This document shows positions 54,255-64,000 of a stretch of 64,000 nt of DNA, piece by piece. Position numbers and translations under genes: made by a program. A model generated the notes under the pieces. That model was not told the origin of the DNA. It saw nothing but the letters and a program-made list of their open reading frames with translations, and did not search any database. The stretch is from the NCBI GenBank assembly GCA_951406725.2, contig OX597822.1, positions 20,956,001 through 21,020,000 of the forward strand, written 5' to 3'. Within the stretch, counting starts at the first letter, position 1. Each line of letters opens with the position of its first letter. Source of the DNA: Octopus vulgaris (Eukaryota).

Positions 54255-54800
54255 ATCATAGGAGAAGCTGCATATGTTTATTTATGTAATTAATTGTGGG
54301 TGATAGTTGGAATTTATATAGATATTCTGCAAATTCTAACAGAGTATTTTCCAGTATTAAATCTAGAGTTATATCTTTGAAAGTAACTATGCACAGATTT
54401 GCATTTCTTGTGATCTTGAACTCTGACTCATTGAACATGTTCATGAGCAATTCTTACTTTACCCAGAAAATATGTAAAAGCATAACCTAACTCAACAAAG
54501 TAAATACTCTTCCCATGTATATTTGTGTCAATTCATAAACCTCAGCTTTGTCATATGATCCCATGGTTACACCAAACAATTCTTAGGCATTACATTTAAC
54601 TCAAAATGAATTATTGTGAAATAACTATGAATTCCTAGCTTGCATGGCAATATCAATGTCCAAATCATTAATTAGAATAAAACTTCTACTGAATTCTAAA
54701 GATTTTTGATGAAGATATCCAGTGATGGTTGGATAGAATTCCATTATATTAAACTGCATAAATTTCCAAAAGTTCTTATCATCTGTTTTATTTCACCACT
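54255..54800 (-). mobile_element. Penelope-like reverse transcriptase fragment (decayed)
   Basis: KFMQFNIMEFYPTI, LFGVTMGSYDKAEVYEL, IVTFKDITLDL correspond to PLE RT motifs FDIxEFYPSI, TMGSYDGAE and VNFLDVTLDL. Confidence 0.8.
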
Positions 54801-55029
54801 TGATGACAGATTAGCTATTATTCCATAATGAAAGAAAAGTTTAATGCTAAAAATGAAATCTGATATATTTTTACTGACTTTAGCCACTTAACTTTTCCCA
54901 GTATTTATTGGGAGTATGCATTTGGGAGTGGCAAGAAAAGTATCTTTATAATCTTTAAAAACATTACATGGTAGATATAACACTCAAGATTCTATTCTAT
55001 CACCTACTTTTAGGTGTATAATCATTCCT

Positions 55030-55858
55030 TTTATTTGTTTGTAGTGCGGCACCAACAGATGACAGTACATAGTTACATGCACCGTAAGAGCTACCAGTGA
55101 CCTTTAGGAGGTAGTGTACTGAGCGACATCTCTGTGTTTACTTCACAGGTTGTGAAATTTGTGTTTTTGTGATCATGTCTATGCTGTAGTCTGCGATTTT
55201 TGTCATGAGTAGAAAGTTGGAACAAAGAGCCAACGTGAAATTTTACCTTAAAACTTCGGAAGTCTGCTACAGAGACATTGAGCATGCTTTGGCAAGCTTA
55301 CTGCGGTGATGCAATGGGTTGTATGCAATGTTTTGAGTGGCACAGGTACTTCAAAAGCAGAAGAACATCTCTGGAAGATGATGAGCGATTTGGAAGACCT
55401 GCCACAAGTGTCACCCCCAGAAATTCATCAGTTTGTGCATGAGGATCCTTGAAAGACAATCAAGGGACATTTTGAAGCATTTGAGGGAGGACGTTTAGCA
55501 AAAGGGACCAGATCTGTGGAGCATGAAGAATCGGATTCTTCACAACAACAATATGCCCTGTCGCTGAGCTCTCCTCACTTGTGAGTTTCTTGCCAAAATC
55601 AACATGATATCACTTGCACACCCACCCTGTTCACCAGATTTAGCACCTGTGGAGTTCCATCTCTTCCTCAAGATGAAAATACAGCTTAAAGGTTGCCATT
55701 TCAACACTATTGTTGAGATTAAGAACAAATTGCAGAAGGTCCTCTAATGGAAAACCAAACCAGATTCTAAAAGTGAAGGAGATGATGTTAAAACTTAGGT
55801 AAATAAGTTACTTATTCATCAAATATAACTAGTCCTGGAACTCATTGATATCACCTTG
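55030..55858 (+). mobile_element. Internally deleted mariner transposon
   Basis: MSRKLEQRANVKF..KSATETLSML..CFEWHRYFKSRRTSLEDDERFGRP; HNNN..HPPCSPDLAPVEFHLFLKMK; TIR-like 3' end gtcctggaactcattgatatcaccttg. Confidence 0.9.
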
Positions 55859-56419
55859 AAAGTTTGGCCTTACCTGAAGAAATATTGATATGATCAGATT
55901 ATTAAAAATTTTGTATGAAATACCTTGAAAGTTAAATGACAAAATACAAGAAGAAATCACCCTCATAGTTAAAGTGTTCCTTCTAATGTTGTCAAACCTT
56001 TGCTAAGCATTATAAGTAAATATATACCCAGAGATGATAAACATTGCTTCAAGGTAAATGCATTCTGGGATCTTTAACTTAAACACACATACACACATTT
56101 ATCTTTTATTTTTTATTTGTTTGAAGGAGGCAAGGTTGGAAGCCTGATCTGATTTACTGAAAGTATTTGAAACCAACAAAGCCACATCTTCCTTTTATGA
56201 TCACAACAGGAGATGAAACACAGGCATATCTTCAGGTTGGATTTGCTCAGTCTTGGCATACAACAGATAGAAGATTTGGCTGGATATGCTGCTTTAAATT
56301 CTAAATTCTAAAGGGTTAAATGTATTGTTATAATGAAGAACATCTTCTTTAATGCCAAAGAGTTAAATGCATCATTATAATAAAGAAAAGAACATCTGCT
56401 TTACTGCCAAAGATGCATG

Positions 56420-56795
56420 ATCACACTCATCTTTGGCAATAAATCATGCAGTCAACAAACTGGGCTGGTCATTGACTACCTATGCACTAAACAGACTGGA
56501 TTTGATGCCCTCCATCTTTCACTTTTTTGACACAATGAAGAGTCTTTAAAGATAGTGATTTGATAAAAATGTGGTGAAAGTGGTTGTGAAGAAATGTGTA
56601 CATCATACACCAGAATTTTCTCAAAGAAGATGTAAGAGTTGGATTCGACGATGATAAAAATGTATCATCAGTCATGCAGGCAATAGTAAGTACAAATTTT
56701 GTACAGAGGAAGATTTTATCTACTAACATGAGCAATTTGAACAACCTAAATCAATTAAGGAAAAAAGCTATGACTACTTTTAGGACAACTCACAT
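56420..56795 (+). mobile_element. Second, very decayed mariner 3' remnant
   Basis: DLMPSIFHFF.TMK (cf. PDLAPSDFHLF) and a RxxKCI-like C-terminus. Confidence 0.5.
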
Positions 56796-57029
56796 ATATG
56801 CATGTGTGTGCATGTGTGTGTGCAATAGAGAGAGAGAGGATCCTATTCTGTAAATGTTTAAGAGCATATCCATCATAGTCTGTGCAGAACACAATTCTCT
56901 GTTGCTATCCTGTTTTATAACCATTTTCTTCAAATTTTTTAAAATTCCCTTTTCCCTTCTCCCTTTTCTCATTCTTCTACTCCTAGACCTCATTATAAGT
57001 GCATTCATAAATATATAAATGTATGTATG

Positions 57030-57305
57030 ATCAGAATTTGCTTCTCAGTTGCATGGTTCTTGGTTCAGTTTCATTGAGTGGCACCTTGGGTAAATGTCCT
57101 CTGTTATATCTTAGGTTAATCAAAGCCTTGTAAGTGGATTTAGCAGATGAAAACTGAAAGAAACTCATCGTATACATATATGTATACATCTATGTGTATG
57201 TGACCTTGGGTTTGTCTCCCATTGCCACTTAACAACTGGTGTTGGTTTGTTTACACCCCTGCAATTAGCAGTTCATAAAAGAGACCTGTAAACTAAGTAC
57301 CACCC
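57030..57305 (+). mobile_element. tRNA-derived SINE family 1 (decayed)
   Basis: ggttcagtttcattgagtggcaccttggg...gtggattt..aactgaaagaa. Confidence 0.65.
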
Positions 57306-57879
57306 ATGTTCATCGTTCTTTCTTCATATCCAGCCTTACATACCAGTGATCTTAGTCTCTGTAACTGTGCAACCTTCCCTCCCCCTACATTTTGCATCAT
57401 CTCCCTATTTCTCATCCACATCAGTTTTATTACAATGCTGTTCCCCACTCCATCCTTTTATACTGTCAGTTACCTCCTCTTCTCTGGCCCACTCCTATTT
57501 TCTTCAAATTCCCCCACAATTGATATTCACCACTGACCATGAAACATCCTTTGCTTGCCATTCACTGCATTCACCTGTGTCCCCTGCTAGCCATTCTGTT
57601 GCTCACTTTACACTCATGTGTACTTACCTACCTATTCTATCACTTCTGTTCATCTGCCCCTATAGCCCTGCTTGTTCCTTGAGGTTACATCCTGACACCT
57701 CATTAACCCATCTTCTTCAGTCTCTTTCCAGCTGAGGTATCTGGATACCTTCTCCACAGCAAGTTACCTGTTCCTCTCCTCCTATCATACTTTTGCCTCT
57801 AAACACCTGATATAAAGCCACCTCTCTCAATATTAAACCCCACTCAGTAAAGAGGTCTTGACTTGCAAGTTTCTTGGTG

Positions 57880-58410
57880 ATCTCATTAATGCTGGTGACT
57901 TGAAAAAGCACCTTGTACTCCCTTTAAATTAGTTGGTGTTAGGAGGGGCAACCAGCCATAGAAACCATGTTGAAATAGACATTGTACCTCAATGTAGTCT
58001 ACTGACTTGTTGGATCTTGTTAAATCATCCAATCCATGTCAGCATGAAAGATGGATGTTAAATGATGGTGATTATAAGCATTCACCATCATCATTCAACA
58101 TCCTTTTTTTTTCCTGCTGGCATGGTTTAAACTGTTTGGTATGAACTGATGATCCAGGGGGACATCACCAAGTTCCAATGTCTGTTTTGGCACAGTTTCT
58201 ATTGTTAGATGCTTCTCCTAACATCAACCACTTCACCAAGTGTACTGAGTTCTTTTATATATCTTGAACTTAAAGAAAGTCTTGCACAGTTTTGCTATTC
58301 ATTTGTATATATGTAGGTAAGTAAGTAGTTTGAAGATATATATATATATATATCATCATCATCATCATCATCATCATCGTTTAGCGTCCGTTTTCCATGC
58401 TAGCATGGGA
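57880..58410. mobile_element. Cluster of RTE 3' UTR fragments in opposite orientations
   Basis: + copy 57880-58070; - copies 58080-58260 and 58352-58410. Confidence 0.6.
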
Positions 58411-59791
58411 TGAAAGTGTATGCATATTTGTATGGAAGTGTATAGGTAGGTCAGGAGAGATAGATAGACTAGTTGTCAAGAATGTTGAATTAAAAAAATG
58501 TTTCAACATCGAATTCTTAATACAAAGGGATCTCCATATTATAATTTGTTTCTGACTTGTTCTATATTTTGGTGGTAATGGTATTTTGGAAGTCTCTTTG
58601 CAATATAGGTATGTGGAAGATTTCTCGATATATTTATTTCTATTCTGTCAAATGGATGACTGCTCTGCAATAGAAGAAACCTATCAAGGGATTTTACTTA
58701 TTTATTATCTTTGGAGCCATAAATAATAGATATTTATATTAAACATATTTCTTATATTTAGAACAACTATTCACTTCATTAGTGGCTATAGTATTGCAGT
58801 AATAGTGTTTCTTACATACTGTTATTAGGGATAGAATTCCTGGTTCTTTTTTATAGATCTATTTGCATTCTTGAAAAATTTAAAGGTTTATAATTAAGAC
58901 GTGGTAATGCAAATGAAAATTACAAATTTATTTATAAAGTATAAAATGGGTATTTCTATATATATGTTTTACTATCAAAGACAGATTTCAATATTTCTAG
59001 CTCGACTAAATTATTAGATTGATTCCCGTTTATTTTACTGTATATCTGTAATGTCTAGAAAATGATAAATTACAGTTGTAACTTCTATTATTTTTATTAT
59101 TGAATTATTTATAGTTAGTGAATATGAAGCATCCATACAGCCAATAATTGAGACAAATTTAGTAGTATTTGGTCATTTTAGTGCTTAATAACATTGCAAT
59201 GAGAAGTTGTTATAGCCAAGTGGATAATGTATCAGTCATTTGTTTGAAGAGTCAAGAGAGTTTATCCCATAATTGCTGCTACCACACTAACCTGTTATAA
59301 GAGAAGTTATGAAATTTGAATATTGGTTGTTCAACAGATTTATGACTGAATCCTTTCCCATGAGGATAGTATGGAATAGAATCACTTTAATTCTTATATA
59401 CCATGATATCTTTGAGATTGCAGTATATCATAAAATCAGTGTAATTATGATATCTCATAATAGTAGCGTAATTATGATATATATGGGGTGCCAGTGAGAT
59501 ATGAATAACATGACTAATAGTAGAAAGTAGAGTGACACACCCCATGCACTGGAATGGCTCTTAGATGAAGCCATTATAACAAAGGCTCATAATTTTTATC
59601 AATGGTTTAACATCTACTTTTACATGCTTGCATGGGCAAGACAAGCTTTCTATGGCTGGATGCCCTTCCTGTGACCAACTGTTTCTAAGCAAGGTAATAT
59701 TTCTTCAAGGTTAGTCAAATCTTATACGAATTGGAAATGAATGACATCCCCCTGCATGGGAGTGATGTTAATTTACAAACATTATGCCAAG

Positions 59792-59831
<40 letters not shown>

Positions 59832-60378
59832 TGCACACACTCAGAGGATGTGCTTCTTTCAATTTCTGTTTATCAAATCCACTCACAAAGCTTTGGTCAA
59901 CCCAGAACAGTTATAGAAGACACTTGCTTAAGGTGCTGCTCAGAGAGACTGAGCCCAAATGACAGTTCAGAAGCAAGCTTCTAAATCACACACCCATGCT
60001 TAACAAATTTATATGAAGATATGTGACCTGGCACTTAGGGTGTTTGGTTCATGATTATAAAATATTGGGTCCATTTCCTGAACTGGGTAGCACACTGTGT
60101 CCTTAAGCAAGGCACCCCATTTCACATTGCTCTAGTCTACTCAGCTATTATAAGTACTTGCCAGATACTAATGCAGACCTATCTCCCTTCAGCTCTGGAT
60201 GTTCCAATGGGTCATAGGTGAGGAAGCCAAGAGGGTGTCTATGTTTGCTCATGACTACAAGGGGGGCTAAATTTGTGAAAGTATTGTACATATTACCATG
60301 CCATACTCACTTGTGGTTGGCAGCTGTCTATACTGGGTAACAAATTGGTAACAGCTGTTCAAACCAAGTATACAATCT

Positions 60379-60641
60379 CAGGGCTAGCTAAAGGTATCTA
60401 CAACTTGAATAGTGACCTGAAGCACTATTTTCCTGTCATGTGTTGGGGATATTCTAAGAAATATGAAAGGAAAATATGAAAATTATTAAACAAAATGAGA
60501 CATTTTATTCATATATTTAATTAATTCTAATGAACACTTTATTTCTGGATTTTCAGTTTGGTAAAAAAATGTTTAATTATACATGTAAGGGCATCAAAAT
60601 TGAGCTTGCCCAGAACCTCAACAACCCTAGGACTGGTTCTG
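60379..60641. mobile_element. hAT-type MITE
   Basis: CAG...CTG degenerate TIRs; 8-bp TSD tacaatct / tacagtct. Confidence 0.6.
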
Positions 60642-60754
60642 TACAGTCTTTTTAGTGACACAACAACATATTCCGTATATTAGTTCTACCCTCATTCACT
60701 TAATATGTGTGTGTGTGTGTGTGTGTATGTGTGTGATTGCATTACACTAGAATT

Positions 60755-61137
60755 TGGCATCAAGAGCTATACAACCCCCCAAACTAAATGTCACTGTACT
60801 GTTCCAAAGGTCCCATTATTCTGTCTAGAGTGAGGACCATGTACAGCAGTAGCTTGGGATTCAAGGGCCCACAGCTATTTAATGCCTTGCCAAAATATCT
60901 GAGGGATCTTCATGAAGTAGGGGTAGATGTTTTCCAGAAACAATTTCTGTCCAAGGTCCCAGATGAACCTATATCATGGCAAGAAACTCAAAAGAGGGCA
61001 ACTGTGTCAAACTCTACCCTTCGCAAGAAGTCAGTAGCATAAGAATGACCACTGGAAGGGTGATGACACTGGTGGTGCTCCAGCATAGCTCCAACCTTTG
61101 GGATGAAACATATAAAATAAATAAATAAATAAATAAC
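60755..61137 (+). mobile_element. CR1/L2-group LINE 3' end
   Basis: SLGFKGPQLFNALPKYLRDL..VGVDVFQK.FLSKVPDEP; (TAAA)n tail. Confidence 0.75.
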
Positions 61138-62705
61138 ACAAATATGTATTTATAAAAAGTACTATAATTTCAATATAATACTGACATTGTAGAAAATTAC
61201 TGAAGGACTTTGAGTAAAAATAAAATTAATTAATCTATAATGAATGTTATTTAAGAGTACAACAGATTTTTCTATGCATCTCTTGTCTACATGTAACCAG
61301 TTCTATGGTTATTGTGCTATAAACTAGGATAATTATACTATTAACAGTAAAAGTAAAACAATAGCAAGGATAATTAGTGATAGAAGATCTACTAAGAATA
61401 CTGTAAAATCATCAACATTCAGAGGCATGCTTTGTCTGTTCTTCATTTTCTTTCAGTCTTCTTCCTTCACAACATTGTAATGGTTCATAGAAAATCTTTG
61501 GTGTGGAATAACGTAAGATTTCTTTATTTCTTCTCCAACTTTATCAAGATATTGACTTTTAAGACAATATCAGTATGAGAATCACAAAAGTTAGTTCTAT
61601 TTATCTTCTCCAATCTATAGTTGTCTATTAATGAAATGGTACCGACATGTTGGGAAATATTCATATCATATCATTTTATTTACATGTTTTTAGCCTAGTA
61701 GACATGTACAACATACTTTCTCCGAAGCCACAGGTTTGTAGTTGTACATGAAATTTTAAAAAAAGTAGACAACATGAAGAGGAAATCATTAAATTCTTTT
61801 TGCTCCTGGCATTCTTGTAGAAAGACTGAATTGCATAGACCATATTTTGACAACTGATGACAAAAAAATATAGACTTAAAATTGCAGTAGATAGTTATAA
61901 AAATAGACAAAGATTAGATATAAGACGATAATAAGGTAAATCAAGATGGAGTAGACATTCCATGGTGTGGGTTCGTGAGGGAAGTAGAATTTTGTTACAA
62001 TGGATAAAAAAAATTATGGAAGTGCACATATTTGATCAGGAGGTAGCCAAGAGTATTGTAAATCAACTAATGCCTAAAAGAAAGGGAGTTAGTGTAAAGA
62101 TAGAATAGTGTGAAGTTACTTGATATTAATCAAAGTAGAGGTAGCCTAATGTAAAGTGAAAATGATATCAATACATATTATGTAATACATATATTGTATA
62201 CCTTCATTTTTATAATGTTTTAATACTGTATTGTATTTTATATGATAATATCGTATCAATTTATGTTTTTTCATGTCACTGTTTTGTTGAGAATATACAT
62301 GTATCAATACAATGTACTTCAATATCAAGACTTATAGTTTTATCGTTTAACACCATGGAAATGTGCTGTGCCCATTGCCTTTTCAAGCTTTTGCAGCCAG
62401 GTGAGATGGGTATGCCCAGTATTCAGCTTCAATATCTGAAGATATATACCTGTAGGGGAAGCGTTTGGAAGAGAGTAATTCCTGATAGTATTAGATGTGA
62501 GAAGTGAAACATTGGGAGAGTAAAGGAATGATATCTTAGATAGACAACCTCGTACACAACCACACACATACATATACACAAACATAGATACATTTACACA
62601 CACACACACTAACACATACATATACATTTAGGTGTGCGTTTATGCATTTATATAGATTTAATATATATGTAATAAGATATACAGATTGTGATGTGTGTAT
62701 GTGTG

Positions 62706-62749
<44 letters not shown>

Positions 62750-63339
62750 TATATGTATGTATATATACATGTGTACAAATGTATGTACATACACGTACAC
62801 GTGTACCTGAATGTATTCAAAACTATGCCAATCATTTTCCAGTTTCTTCCTCCTTCTTTATTCTTTATTCCAAGTTCACTCAACAGAACAATAGTCTGTT
62901 TCTCAGCAAAGAGATTCTTTTGTTACTATTTTTTTTTTCAGATAACAATAATGCACAACATTTGAAAAACTTTTATTTTTACTGTACTATTTATAGATTA
63001 ATCATTGATAGTGATGGTGGTAGTTGTAGTAATGGTGTTGGTAATGATCATGAGGATGATGATGATGATGAGCCTAATAGATCAAATTTGAAGCATAAAA
63101 GTAAACTATTTCAGTTCTTTCTTTCAGCACATCCAACAACTTAGCTTATGTCTAACTATATGCTCCAATTATTTTAGATATTTTCATTGTCCTTCACTTG
63201 ATGTATCATCCAATATCATTCACAACACTCAAAGAATGATTACTGTATTTGTCCAAGAACAGAATATCCTGTCTCTGTCTCCTAAATTTTATGGTCATTT
63301 TAGCAGCAATTTTCTGCCAATATTCCATGGTTGAAAAGA

Positions 63340-63960
63340 TGTAAACACATCAACACCAACTGTCAAGCGATGGGGTGGGGTGGGGTTAAGACACAGAAAG
63401 ACACATATACAGACATATATATATATATATATATATATAAAGCTGAAGTTGTCAGTGTATGGCAGGTTTGGTAGCCTTCAACTGACACTATATCCTCCAA
63501 GACCCTGCGGCGTAAGTTGACCAAAATGAGATTATGATAGAAGAAGGCTTGCTCTTCCTTTCGTAGAAGAAAAAATTCAAATCAGACCATGTTAACACTA
63601 AAAATTATTTATATAAAAAAGGTGCTTTTCTTCTACGAAAATCTCTATTTTTTACGATTTTTTGACTGCTGTGTTGCCATTATTTGGTGTATTTCAACCA
63701 GGAAAGTATTCACTTATAGAGAATAACAAGCTACATAATGCAAAATTTTTACTTTTCAAAAATTTCAATTCTAAAGGGTCGAAACAAACCCGAGCAACGC
63801 CGGGCAATACTGCTAGTATACATATATATGACAGGCTTCTTTCAGTTTCTGTCTACCAATTCCACTGACAAGGCTTTAGTTGGCTTAAGGCTACATGTAG
63901 AAGATGGTACTTGTACAAAGTGCCACATAATGAAACTGAACCCAAAACTGGGTAAGAAGC
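63340..63960 (-). mobile_element. tRNA-derived SINE family 1, split by the Helitron
   Basis: 3' half at 63340-63420, 5' half at 63820-63960. Confidence 0.7.
63430..63816 (+). mobile_element. Non-autonomous Helitron nested in a SINE
   Basis: 3' hairpin cccgagcaacgccggg followed by CTAG|T; 5' tatataaagctg resembles the start at 33489. Confidence 0.85.
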
Positions 63961-64000
63961 GAATATATTCACCACCACAAATGAGACAGTAGCATAACTA

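Overview
AT-rich eukaryotic DNA dominated by microsatellites and decayed transposons. The SINE/LINE repertoire and (TA)n/(CA)n density match what I recall for an octopus (cephalopod) genome; this is an inference. The window looks intronic or intergenic. No complete host gene or intact transposon ORF is visible, and most listed ORFs are microsatellite read-through. It holds three families of tRNA-type SINEs, many 5'-truncated RTE LINE ends, and R4/Dong, CR1-like, BovB-like and Penelope-like (PLE) retroelement fragments. It also holds mariner and Tigger remnants, piggyBac and hAT MITEs, Helitrons and a Helentron/HINE. The best leads are: (1) hammerhead ribozymes in PLE-type tandem/inverted structures inside (TA)n tracts, one with an intact core (34100-34185) and one in a 352-nt non-coding retrozyme-like unit (10507-11120); (2) a HINE carrying an LTR-retrotransposon fragment; (3) a Dong 3' end inserted in a (TAA)n tract; (4) a few candidate small exons of an unidentified host gene.
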